From Betaproteobacteria bacterium (GTDB taxonomy: Bacteria; Pseudomonadota; Gammaproteobacteria; Burkholderiales; SG8-39): a stretch of DNA of 64,000 bases. This document shows, piece by piece, positions 1 to 8,630 of the stretch. The stretch spans positions 142 through 64,141 of the forward strand of contig CANJRC010000009.1 of NCBI GenBank assembly GCA_947476535.1, given 5' to 3'. A program made the translations under genes and the position numbers. The notes beneath the pieces are model-generated. The model saw only the letters and a list, made by a program, of their open reading frames with translations. It was not told where the DNA came from and ran no database searches. How positions within the stretch are numbered: the stretch's first letter is position 1; each line of letters opens with the position of its first letter.

Positions 1-55
1 AGTCAGCCTGATCCGTGGGCGCCGCAGCGCCGCGTTTTGCGAGTTTCGTTGCCAT
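1..55 (-). CDS. 5' end of the gene downstream of cheW (only 18 codons visible, product unknown)
   Basis: ATG at 55 on the minus strand, preceded by GAGGAG about 9 nt upstream. Reads MATKLAKRGAAAPTDQAD and runs off the window. Confidence 0.35.
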   Translation of the reverse strand, partial: MATKLAKRGAAAPTDQAD

Positions 56-123
56 GTTGTGTTGCTCCTCAAACATTTTTTGGGTTCGGTTCCAGCAGTC
101 CTGTGCCAATCCGGTATTCGCTC

Positions 124-636
124 CTACTGCGCCGTGCCACCGTCCATCAACGCCATGTCGCTGCTGCACATCAGCCGCTCGATGTCCAGCAGGATCAACA
201 TCCGCTCATCGACCGTACCCAGGCCAACGATGTGTTTCATGTCGAGCGATCCGCCGAATTCCGGCGCCGGGCGGATCTGCTCGCCCGTCAGCGTCAGCAC
301 GTCCGACACGCTGTCCACCACCGCACCCACCACGCGCTTGGCCACGTTGAGGATGATCACCACGGTGAACTGGTTGTATTCCGCGCTGCCGAGGTTGAAC
401 TTGATGCGCAGATCCACGATCGGCACGATGGTGCCGCGCAGGTTGATCACGCCCTTGATGAAGTCGGGCGAGTTGGCGATGGTGGTCGGCTGCTCCCAGC
501 CGCGGATCTCCTGCACCTTGAGGATCTCGATCCCGTATTCCTCGGCCCCAAGACGAAAGGTGAGAAATTCGTTGGCCTGCACGTCTGCGCCGGCCGCGGC
601 TTTGGCGCTCGTCTGGTTTGCCTGTTGAAGCATCAT
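124..636 (-). CDS. cheW: chemotaxis coupling protein CheW
   Basis: 170 aa. CheW-like sequence ([21 protein letters not shown]...[14 protein letters not shown]). Lies directly downstream of cheA. Confidence 0.9.
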   Translation of the reverse strand: MMLQQANQTSAKAAAGADVQANEFLTFRLGAEEYGIEILKVQEIRGWEQPTTIANSPDFIKGVINLRGTIVPIVDLRIKFNLGSAEYNQFTVVIILNVAKRVVGAVVDSVSDVLTLTGEQIRPAPEFGGSLDMKHIVGLGTVDERMLILLDIERLMCSSDMALMDGGTAQ

Positions 637-724
637 TTGTCGTCTCCTTGTGTTTGAACCGGCCGGCTGAATGGATTCAATGTGTTTCTGTTCTTTTCAC
701 GTTGCATGCTGATCGCCCCGCCCA

Positions 725-2818
725 TCACGCCGCCTTGTCGAGCCGGCTGTTTGCCAACCCGACCAGGTACGCGACATCGACGATCATGGCGACACGCCCG
801 TCCCCCATGATCGTGGCCCCGGATATGCCGGACACTTTCCGGTAATTCGTCTCCAGGCTCTTGATGACCACCTGGTTCTGCCCCACCAGCGAATCGACGA
901 ACAGCGCGGTCTTGGCGCCCTCCGATTCGATGATCACCAGGATGCCCTTCTCATACTGTTCGACATCCGCCTTTACGTTGAATGCCTGTGCCAGCGACAA
1001 CACCGGCAGGTAGTCCCCGCGCACCGCCACCACATGCTGGTTGCCATGCAGCGAGCGCATGGCATCCGGGCTGGGCTGCAACGACTCCGAGATGTAGGCG
1101 AGCGGGATGATGAACACCTCCTCCCCGACCCGGACCGACATGCCGTCCAGGATGGCCAGGGTGAGCGGCAGCTTGATGGAGATGCGCGTCCCGATGTCGG
1201 CCGTTGTTTCAATCTCCACCCGGCCGCCCATCTCCTGGATGTTCCGCCGCACCACGTCCATGCCCACGCCGCGCCCGGACACGTCGGTGATCTGGTCCGC
1301 CGTCGAGAAGCCCGCCTCGAAAATGAGCTTCCAGACGTCCTGGTCGGTCATGTCGTCGGACACCTCCATGCCGCGCTCCCGGGCCTTGCCCAGGATCTTG
1401 CTTCGGTGCAGGCCGCGACCGTCGTCGCTGACCTCGATCACGATCGAGCCGCCCTGGTGGGAGGCGCGCAGCGTGATGGTTCCCTTCCTGACCTTTCCCT
1501 TGGCCACGCGCTCTTCCGGCGACTCCAGCCCGTGATCTAGGCTGTTCCTGACCAGGTGGGTGAGCGGATCGATGATGCGTTCGATCAATCCCTTGTCCAG
1601 TTCAGTGCCCTCGCCGATGGTCTGCAGCTCCACGTCCTTGCCCAGCTTGGCCGCCACATCGCGCACCACGCGGGGGAAGCGGCTGAACACGAACGACATC
1701 GGCATCATGCGTATCGACATCGCCGATTCCTGCAGGTCGCGCGTATTGCGCTGCAATTGCGCCAAGCCGTTGAACAAGGCCTCGTAGAGCACCGGGTCGG
1801 CCTCGGAGGCCGTCTGCGCGAGCATGGCCTGCGTGATGACCAGCTCTCCCACCAGGTTGATCAATTGGTCGACCTTGTCCACGCTGACGCGAATCGACGC
1901 CGCCTCTCCAGACGGCGCGGCCGGCGCCTGGGTCGCCTTGGCAGCGGGTTTGATCGGAGTGACACTGCCGGACACAACCCCAACCGGCTGCGAAACCGGT
2001 TGGTTGGCGGGCAGCGTGGCGGCATCGACGAACAGGCCGAATCCCTCGTCGCCCACGGACGTTGCCTCCGAAGCCGCCCCTGCACTGGTTGCAGAAGGCT
2101 CTCCACCCTGAGCCTGTTCCTCCACCAGACTAACCTTGACCTTGTCCGGCGACACCATGAAGCCGAGCGTGTCGTTCATGTCGGACAAGCTCACTTCGGT
2201 GAGCATGCGGAAGCGCCTTTGCGTGGCCGGGCCGCCATCCTGCGGCTCAACCATTTCCTCGAGCTTGCCGAAATCGGCCAAGTCGGCGATCACGCCATCG
2301 ACGCTCTTGCTGGCAAATCCCTCGTCGAGGGGGCCGAACGCCAATTCGATCATTTGACGCGCCTTGCCACCGCGTCCAGTGCCCGATGCACCGCCCTCGC
2401 GCTCCTCCTCGCTCGCCAGGAAGGCGCGAAGGCGCAGACACAACGCCTCGACTTCCTCCAGCGGCACGGCTTCGCCATCGCCGCGCCGGTGCGCCAGCAG
2501 CGCCTTCAGCGTGTCGCCGGAGGCGAGGAACACATCCACAAGGTCGGCAATCAGGGCCATCTCGCCCTTGCGGACCTTGTCGAACACGGTTTCCATTTCG
2601 TGCGTCAATTCGGTGACGTCGGTGAAACCGAAGGTGGCCGCCCCGCCCTTGATGGAGTGGGCCGCGCGGAAAATGGCATTCAGCTGCTCGGTATCGGCGG
2701 AGGTGATATCGATTTCGAGCAACAGGCCTTCCATGCGATCGAGGTGCTCGGCCGCCTCATCGAAAAACACACCGTGGAACTGCGACATGTCCATGCTGTC
2801 GTCTGTGGGATTTGACAT
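725..2818 (-). CDS. cheA: chemotaxis histidine kinase CheA
   Basis: 697 aa. Hpt box HSIKGGAATFGF, kinase boxes HLVRNSLDHG and GRGVGMDVV, and a C-terminal CheW-like domain. Confidence 0.95.
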   Translation of the reverse strand: MSNPTDDSMDMSQFHGVFFDEAAEHLDRMEGLLLEIDITSADTEQLNAIFRAAHSIKGGAATFGFTDVTELTHEMETVFDKVRKGEMALIADLVDVFLASGDTLKALLAHRRGDGEAVPLEEVEALCLRLRAFLASEEEREGGASGTGRGGKARQMIELAFGPLDEGFASKSVDGVIADLADFGKLEEMVEPQDGGPATQRRFRMLTEVSLSDMNDTLGFMVSPDKVKVSLVEEQAQGGEPSATSAGAASEATSVGDEGFGLFVDAATLPANQPVSQPVGVVSGSVTPIKPAAKATQAPAAPSGEAASIRVSVDKVDQLINLVGELVITQAMLAQTASEADPVLYEALFNGLAQLQRNTRDLQESAMSIRMMPMSFVFSRFPRVVRDVAAKLGKDVELQTIGEGTELDKGLIERIIDPLTHLVRNSLDHGLESPEERVAKGKVRKGTITLRASHQGGSIVIEVSDDGRGLHRSKILGKARERGMEVSDDMTDQDVWKLIFEAGFSTADQITDVSGRGVGMDVVRRNIQEMGGRVEIETTADIGTRISIKLPLTLAILDGMSVRVGEEVFIIPLAYISESLQPSPDAMRSLHGNQHVVAVRGDYLPVLSLAQAFNVKADVEQYEKGILVIIESEGAKTALFVDSLVGQNQVVIKSLETNYRKVSGISGATIMGDGRVAMIVDVAYLVGLANSRLDKAA

Positions 2819-2877
2819 GCTGGCTCCATCCGATCTGTGAGGTTATTTCCGGCAATTCCCGGCCATCAGCCGCGCGT

Positions 2878-3243
2878 TCAACCAATGATCTTCTTGACCA
2901 CGTCCACCAGGCGGCGTGGATCGAAGGGCTTGACCAGCCACCCGGTCGCCCCTGCCGCCTTGCCCCTGGCCTTCATGTCCTGCCCAGACTCCGTGGTCAG
3001 CACCAGGATGGGCACGCTGCGGTACTCCGGCATCCCGCGCAGCGAGCGGATCATGGTCAGCCCGTCCATGCGCGGCATGTTCTGGTCGGTCAGCACCAGG
3101 CTCACCTGCCGACCCTTGGCCTTCTCCAGTCCATCCTGGCCGTCGCTCGCTTCGAGCACCTCGTAACCGGCGCCCTTGAGCGTGAACGCAACCATCTGCC
3201 GGATGGTTGCGGAGTCATCTACAGCCAGAATGGTTCTGATCAT
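2878..3243 (-). CDS. cheY: CheY-like single-domain response regulator
   Basis: 121 aa from MIRTILAVDDSAT. Has the DD pair, phospho-acceptor D in LTDQNMP, T in VLTTES and K in LVKPF. The ORF-track start at 3483 is an upstream extension; the ATG at 3243 fits the domain. Confidence 0.85.
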   Translation of the reverse strand: MIRTILAVDDSATIRQMVAFTLKGAGYEVLEASDGQDGLEKAKGRQVSLVLTDQNMPRMDGLTMIRSLRGMPEYRSVPILVLTTESGQDMKARGKAAGATGWLVKPFDPRRLVDVVKKIIG

Positions 3244-3301
3244 GGTTTTTCCTGTTCTTTCACAATGAACTGTGGCGATGTGTGTGGCATTGGGCCGGAC
3301 A

Positions 3302-3853
3302 TCAAAATAATTCCACGTCGCCGCAGCCGACTTGCGCCTGCTGCACGGGTCCGCTCGCGGTCGCGCGCCGGGCATCGACCAGCATCGCTTCCATGGTGTT
3401 GACCCGCGAAGACGCCAACGCGATGGTCGTGGGGTCGCCGCGCGTGGCGGCCATCGCCGCCTCGAACGGAATATGCAATCCATTCACCAGCGCCCCGGTG
3501 CGCGCCAGCCGCTCGCGCAAGTGCGCAACCAGCTGCGAGCAAATATCCTGGTATTGCAGCGTTGTCACCACGACATCCGACGCACATTCATCAGTGCCGG
3601 CGCCGCCGGGGACGAGGCGCCCGAATGCCTCGGCCATCTGGCCCATGGCATCGTCCAGCAGCGTCTGCAAGCGAACCAGCTCGCCCTCGGCCGCCGACAA
3701 CTGCTGCGAGCACTCGAAGCTGTGCTTCACAAATGTCGATGCAATGCGGTCCAGCTGCATGTGGGATTTCGCCTCCGCCGCCGTCACCGTCACAGATTCC
3801 AACGCCGTGCCTCCTGTGTTACGATTCATCGCCACCTTGGGGCGCCTTGCCAT
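3302..3853 (-). CDS. hypothetical protein with a CheZ-like DxxxQ motif; first gene of the cheY-cheA-cheW operon
   Basis: 183 aa, no transmembrane segment. Contains LQYQDICSQLV, which resembles the CheZ active-site block. An alternative start at 3829 (MNRNTG) has an AAGGTGG box upstream. Confidence 0.6.
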   Translation of the reverse strand: MARRPKVAMNRNTGGTALESVTVTAAEAKSHMQLDRIASTFVKHSFECSQQLSAAEGELVRLQTLLDDAMGQMAEAFGRLVPGGAGTDECASDVVVTTLQYQDICSQLVAHLRERLARTGALVNGLHIPFEAAMAATRGDPTTIALASSRVNTMEAMLVDARRATASGPVQQAQVGCGDVELF

Positions 3854-3961
3854 TCACACTTCTTCATGCACCCCCATTATTTCGGCATCACTCGTATCTG
3901 ATCGTTGGAATAACGCGCCGTTTCCCCATTACTTCGATGCCGCTTTTAACCCGGAGCCCGC

Positions 3962-5509
3962 ATGGGGCCGCGCGAGATCGCTGACCACGCCGAACTTGGC
4001 CGCCCCCCCTTACACGAGGGGGCGAGCGCCAGCGCAATACCACTCCGACTGTTGCTCATCGAGGACTCGGCATTCGATGCGGCGATGATCAGCCGCCTGG
4101 TCGGTCAGGGCGGATTCAACGTCTCAGCCCATCGCGTCGAAGACGAGACCGGCATGCGCGCGGCGCTTGCATCCGAGCCTTGGGATGTGGTGATTTCCGA
4201 TCACAACCTGCCCGGATTCAGCGCCAAGGAGGCGCTGCACATTCATCAGGCCTCCGGACTCGATGCGCCGTTCATCATCGTCTCCGGACAGATCGGCGAG
4301 GACGTTGCGGTCGAGGCCATGCGCGAAGGGGCCGACGACTACGTGCTCAAGTCCGACCTGGGCCGGCTGTTGCCTTCGCTGCAGCGCAGCCTGCGCGCCG
4401 CCGAAACCCGGCGCATCCGCCGCGAAACCGAGGACGCACTGGCCGACAGCGAGGAACGCCTGCGCGGCATCGCCAGCAACCTGCCCGGCATGGTGTTCCA
4501 GATGGAGCACAACGTGTGGGAGAGCATCCTGCGCTTTCGCTATGCCAGCGAGGGGGCAGCATCACTGCTCGGAGTCCCTGCGGAAAAGCTGCTCGCCGAC
4601 GGGGCGTCCTTTTTCGATCGCATCGAACCATCGCACCGGGACACGCTCCGCAGCGCGCTTGCGCGTGCCGCGCACGACCTGACCAGCGTTCATTGGGATG
4701 GCCGACTATTGCCAGCGGAGGGAGTCCATACGGTGTGGGTTGCGCTGGCCGGCCGTCCCCGCAAGCTCAACACGTCCAGCGTGCTGTGGGAGGGCGCGCT
4801 GATCGACGTCACCGAGCAGAAGATGACTGAAAGCGCCCTGGCTCAATCAAGAGAAGAATTGCGCCAACTGGGCACACACATGGAAAGCGTGCGCGAAGAA
4901 GAGCGCAAGTCCATCGCCCGGGAGATCCATGACGAAATCGGCGGCATCCTTGCCGGGCTGAAATTCGAGCTCGCCACGCTGCGTGCCCGGCACAAGGAAC
5001 CTGCCGACCTGGTGGCCCGCATCGACACCATGGCTGCGCTCGCCGAGTCCGCGCGCGCTGCAAGCGACCGCATCATGCACAACCTGCGACCCAGCATCCT
5101 CGACCAGGGCATCGTCGCGGCGCTCGAATGGCTGGCCCTGCAGTTTCGCAAGAATTACGACACCGACTGCTCGTTCAGTACCAACCAGCAAAAGATCGCG
5201 CTGACCGAAGCCCGGTGCACCGCCATGTTCCGCATCTGCCAGGAGGCGCTGACCAATATCGCCAAGCATGCGAAAGCGACGCACGTCGAGATCGAGCTGT
5301 TTGCCGACACCCGGACGGTGTCGCTGGAGATCAGCGACAACGGCGCCGGCATCCTGCCCGCCGACCTCGAACGCAGCGAGCGCTTTGGCATTCGCGGCAT
5401 GCGCGAGCGGGCCACTGGCCTGGGCGGGTGGATCGAGATCCACGGCTCACCGAACCAGGGCACCACCGTCATGCTGTCGCTGCCGGTATCGCGGGGAGGT
5501 CAACCGTGA
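3962..5509 (+). CDS. sensor histidine kinase with N-terminal receiver (REC-PAS-HisKA_3-HATPase)
   Basis: 515 aa. Receiver at LLLIEDSAFD...VISDHNLPG, a PAS-like middle, the NarX/DegS-type H-box IAREIHDEIGG, and an ATPase G-box ISDNGAGI. Start codon is uncertain. Confidence 0.8.
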   Translation: MGPREIADHAELGRPPLHEGASASAIPLRLLLIEDSAFDAAMISRLVGQGGFNVSAHRVEDETGMRAALASEPWDVVISDHNLPGFSAKEALHIHQASGLDAPFIIVSGQIGEDVAVEAMREGADDYVLKSDLGRLLPSLQRSLRAAETRRIRRETEDALADSEERLRGIASNLPGMVFQMEHNVWESILRFRYASEGAASLLGVPAEKLLADGASFFDRIEPSHRDTLRSALARAAHDLTSVHWDGRLLPAEGVHTVWVALAGRPRKLNTSSVLWEGALIDVTEQKMTESALAQSREELRQLGTHMESVREEERKSIAREIHDEIGGILAGLKFELATLRARHKEPADLVARIDTMAALAESARAASDRIMHNLRPSILDQGIVAALEWLALQFRKNYDTDCSFSTNQQKIALTEARCTAMFRICQEALTNIAKHAKATHVEIELFADTRTVSLEISDNGAGILPADLERSERFGIRGMRERATGLGGWIEIHGSPNQGTTVMLSLPVSRGGQP

Positions 5510-6135
5510 TTCGCGTCGTCCTGTGCGACGACCACGCAATCGTGCGCCGCGGCCTGCACCAGATCCTCTCGGAGTTGGGGAACATCGAGGTGGTGGCCGA
5601 AGCCGCCAATTACCGCGAGCTGCGCAACGTCCTGCCGCGCGGCGCCCATGTGGTGCTGCTGCTCGACATCGACATGCCCGGCAAGAACGGCATGGATGCG
5701 CTGGAGATCATCCACAAGGAATTTCCCAACCTGCCGGTACTGATGCTGAGCCTCTATCCGGAAGACCAGTACGCCGTTCGCGCCCTGCGCTCCGGCGCCA
5801 TGGGCTACCTGAACAAGAACAGCGCGCCCGAGAAACTCATCGAGGCCGTCACCCAGGTCGCATCAGGAAAGAAATTCATCAGTCCGGAAGTGTCACAGTT
5901 GCTCGCCGACCGGGTATCCGAGCGCATGCCCGACGCACCGCACGAACTGCTGTCCAACCGGGAGTTCCAGGTGCTGCGCCTGATCGCCTCTGGGAAGCGC
6001 CTGTCGGAGATCGCCGAAGCGCTGTCCATCAGCCCCAAGACCGTCAGCGTCTATCGCGCGCGCATCCTCGAAAAACTGGGCGTGAAAAACAACGTGGAAG
6101 TCGCGCATTACGTCACACAGCACGGCATCATGTAA
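5506..6135 (+). CDS. NarL/FixJ (LuxR-type HTH) response regulator
   Basis: GTG start overlaps the kinase stop (GTGA). Has VIRVVLCDDHAIVRRGL, LLDIDMPGKNG and a C-terminal LSNREFQVLRLIASGKRLSEIAEALSISPKTVSVYR helix-turn-helix. The ORF-track start at 5128 is out of register with the domain. Confidence 0.85.
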   Translation: MIRVVLCDDHAIVRRGLHQILSELGNIEVVAEAANYRELRNVLPRGAHVVLLLDIDMPGKNGMDALEIIHKEFPNLPVLMLSLYPEDQYAVRALRSGAMGYLNKNSAPEKLIEAVTQVASGKKFISPEVSQLLADRVSERMPDAPHELLSNREFQVLRLIASGKRLSEIAEALSISPKTVSVYRARILEKLGVKNNVEVAHYVTQHGIM

Positions 6136-6219
6136 TGGGATTTACTGACACCTTAACGTAAATTCCTATTCTGCTATTTGATACATAGCCAGAATACTGA
6201 CATCGCCTATCCTCATGGC

Positions 6220-6398
6220 GTCAACAAGGCGCGCGTTCCTCTGGTCAAGGTAACCCTCAAACTTCGGGTTGAGAGTGGTCATCTTCCGTCCGCATCAGGT
6301 GCACCCGCGAGGGGCGCGCACAACAGCGGCTTGTTGGGGCGATGTCCTGACTGTACCTCTTTGCTTGAAGGTTACCTTGACCGGAAGAACGCGTTGAC
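6220..6398. repeat. long imperfect inverted repeat / long-range helix in a 515-bp non-coding gap
   Basis: Perfect 13-bp arms GGTCAAGGTAACC (6243-6255) and GGTTACCTTGACC (6370-6382). Pairing extends inward (TCAA/TTGA) and outward (CGCGTT/AACGCG, GTCAA/TTGAC). The interior has local hairpins, including CCC-GCGA-GGG and CAACA-N6-TGTTG. Confidence 0.7.
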
Positions 6399-6650
6399 TG
6401 CCTCGTGTTGAGGAAGTTATCGACGGCGTGGCCTGGAACTTGAGGCTTGTTTATCGCATGCACTGTTACCCGGCAATGCGATGAGGAGAAAGGCAATTGC
6501 GTCGCAATTCCCTTTCACGCCGCCAGCAAGCACCCCCGCAAAACCTGCGCTAATTGCACGATTGCCATCCGCCGGCCTTGTGCACACTTGCATGATCGAT
6601 GCCGACCCGCGGGGTTGTGATTTGTCCATTCCAGACCAGGTACCGTTTCA

Positions 6651-7460
6651 TTGGCCCCATCGGGCCGCACCCACATGAGCCTTGACCCCATCCTGCCATC
6701 CCACGGCCTGAAGACACCGTCGAAGCTGGCCAGGCCGGGCTTGGCCGGCGGGTCGGCTGGCGCGGCCCTGGCCAGTAGAAGCTCCGTGGATGCAGTTCGC
6801 ATCTCCGAGCAGGGAAGGCGCATGTCCCGTTTGTCGCAATCCCTGCCGCCAACCCCAGACAATGTCGACAAGCTGTCGCGCGAACTGGCCGGCAAACTCA
6901 AACCCCTATTGCCCCAGGGAGCGATCAATTCGCGCAATCGCCTCGCCATCGAGGTGGACACACGCACGGGGGAAATCGCCATCACGAACGGCCTGAACGC
7001 CGCGCCCCAGGCATCGGCCGCCGCGTTGATCGCTCCTCGGACATCACCTCCGCCGGATGCACGCAGCATCGCCACCTTGCTCAGCGAGCACCCGGACCTT
7101 GCCCGCCAGATCCAGGACCTGGCCACGCTGAGCAAGCACCTCGCACCGTCGCAGCAACGCACCGACTCACCGCAGACCGCCAAGGATGCGCAGGCGGAGC
7201 AGATTGCCGCCCGGATTCGCGCCGCCCTTGGCGAGGACGAAACAGGCAGCGCAGCTCCCGGGGAATCCCACGCCTTCTCCCGCATCACCGAAGCGCGGCC
7301 CGAACCCTCACCGCGCATGACCCGTGCCATTGCCCACTATGCCGCGCATTCGGGGTTGTCGGGCCTGCATGAGACGGATGCCACCGTTTCCATGGTCTTC
7401 GATGGCAAGGATGTAACTGTCCAGTCCAGCGACAAAAACCGCTTGTCCATCGTCGCCTGA
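6651..7460 (+). CDS. hypothetical Ala/Ser/Pro-rich protein (probably largely disordered)
   Basis: 269 aa. Third-position GC bias favours this strand over the antisense 6515..7330 ORF. I recognised no domain. A start at 6675 (MSLDPIL) is also possible. Confidence 0.5.
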   Translation: MAPSGRTHMSLDPILPSHGLKTPSKLARPGLAGGSAGAALASRSSVDAVRISEQGRRMSRLSQSLPPTPDNVDKLSRELAGKLKPLLPQGAINSRNRLAIEVDTRTGEIAITNGLNAAPQASAAALIAPRTSPPPDARSIATLLSEHPDLARQIQDLATLSKHLAPSQQRTDSPQTAKDAQAEQIAARIRAALGEDETGSAAPGESHAFSRITEARPEPSPRMTRAIAHYAAHSGLSGLHETDATVSMVFDGKDVTVQSSDKNRLSIVA

Positions 7461-7494
7461 ACCACGGGCCCCGCCAATAGCGCACCGCCATCCC

Positions 7495-8439
7495 ATGCCG
7501 ACGAGTCCGGAAAAAGACTACTACGCGACCCTCGGCGTCATGCCGGACGCCCAGGACATCGTGATCAAGGCCGCCTACCGGGCGCTCGCGCAGCGCTACC
7601 ACCCGGACCGGTTCGGCGGGTCGCGCGAAGCAGCGCATGCCTACATGTCCGAGCTCAACGAAGCCCATGCCATCCTGTCGAACCAGGATGCTCGCAGGCA
7701 ATACGACCAATTGCGCGGCGCAGGGACGCAATCGCGCGGCAGCCAGTTCAGCGACGTAGAGGAAAAGACCCCGCCGGGAGAAGACCCCCTGGAGAAGGAC
7801 TGGCGTGTAGCGCTTCACTACTACCCCGACCTCGCTGAGCTGGAGCAACGACTGACACAATTTTCCTGGAAGCTCGCCAACACCTATCGCGCCTACCTGC
7901 TGGAGACGCGGCCGTTCGACGACCGCGAAGCGGTGGCCTGCCTGATGGAGAAGGATTTCCTCCACGCCTATTTCGGCCGAAACGACAAGATCGTGGACTT
8001 CGCCCGCAAGCTCATCCTCGCGCGGGAGCGCGCAGCCGCGCGCGCGCTCAATGAAGCCATACGCGTGTTGGGTAGCGATGCCAACCCGGCACGGGTCGTG
8101 CCGAAGATTGCACGCGATTTCGATGTCAGGCACCTGTTAATCGACAAGCAGAAAATGGCCTCGCTGCTGTCGCAAGCAAAAAAGTTCGCCGCACACACCG
8201 ACCTCTTCACGCAAATGTTGGGCGAACTCGGAGGCACATTCGCCGTCGACGGTGGCCACTCGCCTGTCAGGCGGGCCGCCGTTGAAAAATCCTGCAGGGT
8301 CGAGTTCGAGGGCAGGGATTTCCAATTCCCGAGCGAGGGCGAATTCAGGTCATGGTTCAGGCGCGAAGTGCTGCCAATGGCAGAACAATGGAGCCGGCAA
8401 GAACGAGCCGCACCCGGCCGACAAGCAGAGGCGCGTTGA
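7495..8439 (+). CDS. J-domain (DnaJ-like) protein with an unknown C-terminal domain
   Basis: The N-terminus DYYATLGV...AYRALAQRYHPDR...LNEAHAILSNQDARRQYD carries the HPD tripeptide. The remaining roughly 230 aa are unrecognised. Confidence 0.8.
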   Translation: MPTSPEKDYYATLGVMPDAQDIVIKAAYRALAQRYHPDRFGGSREAAHAYMSELNEAHAILSNQDARRQYDQLRGAGTQSRGSQFSDVEEKTPPGEDPLEKDWRVALHYYPDLAELEQRLTQFSWKLANTYRAYLLETRPFDDREAVACLMEKDFLHAYFGRNDKIVDFARKLILARERAAARALNEAIRVLGSDANPARVVPKIARDFDVRHLLIDKQKMASLLSQAKKFAAHTDLFTQMLGELGGTFAVDGGHSPVRRAAVEKSCRVEFEGRDFQFPSEGEFRSWFRREVLPMAEQWSRQERAAPGRQAEAR

Positions 8440-8605
8440 AGAACACATGACGATGCGAAATACGCCAACAGACCGAAGCCCGTCGGACGCAGCGCGACGA
8501 TTCGTCTTCAACTGCATCATGGCGGCCCGTTCGTGCAATTCAAACACAGGCGAAAGAGTGCTTGGATGGCCGATCTTTCCGAAGAACGCGACTCCCTGGA
8601 ACAAA

Positions 8606-8630
8606 GGGGCCAGGCTGGCCCCTTTTCTTT
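8606..8630 (+). terminator. Rho-independent terminator-like hairpin
   Basis: GGGGCCAG-G-CTGGCCCC followed by TTTTCTTT. It sits about 170 nt after the J-domain gene stop. Confidence 0.6.

Noticed and set aside
1556-2815. 419-aa plus-strand ORF opposite cheA. The same applies to other long antisense ORFs opposite flagellar genes: 20513..21640, 22652..23863, 22948..24138, 31463..32911, 34598..35959, 53201..54064, 54879..55901 and 59409..60428.
   Set aside because: All lie opposite genes with clear family signatures, and all have junk-like Arg/Gly/His-rich translations. They are GC-rich shadow frames.
3879-3886. GCCGAAAT (FliA -10-like box) upstream of the che operon
   Set aside because: No acceptable TAAAG or TCAAG -35 box lies at an 11-12-nt spacing, so this is only a half-site.
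5128-5505. Upstream extensions of true genes in the ORF track: 5128 for the NarL-type regulator, 3483 for cheY-like, 23281 for flgJ, 29577 for flgB, 29307 for flgA, 42535 for flhD, 59088 for fliQ, 18568 for GGDEF-EAL and 24357 for flgI
   Set aside because: The extensions overlap the preceding gene or a divergent promoter and read as Arg/Pro-rich junk. In each case an internal start matches the family N-terminus and has a ribosome-binding site or start/stop coupling.
6178-6496. 77-aa (plus) and 79-aa (minus) ORFs inside the 515-bp gap
   Set aside because: They have no Shine-Dalgarno box, no coding-like codon bias and no recognisable motifs. They also overlap the long inverted repeat, so I treated the region as non-coding.
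6770-6890. FlgM-like flavour of the 269-aa protein N-terminal region (VDAVRISEQGRRMSRLSQSL...VDKLSRELAGKL)
   Set aside because: The resemblance to anti-sigma-28 FlgM is limited to a loose pattern in low-complexity sequence. I cannot support it without a profile search.
6515-7330. 271-aa minus-strand ORF overlapping the 6651..7460 gene
   Set aside because: The translation is Cys/Arg/Ser-rich and implausible. The plus-strand frame has the locus-typical GC3 bias. Neither frame has a recognised domain, so the strand choice is reasoned rather than proven.
7285-8133. 282-aa minus-strand ORF opposite the J-domain gene
   Set aside because: The plus-strand frame has a canonical J-domain with HPD. 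The minus-strand frame is a shadow ORF.
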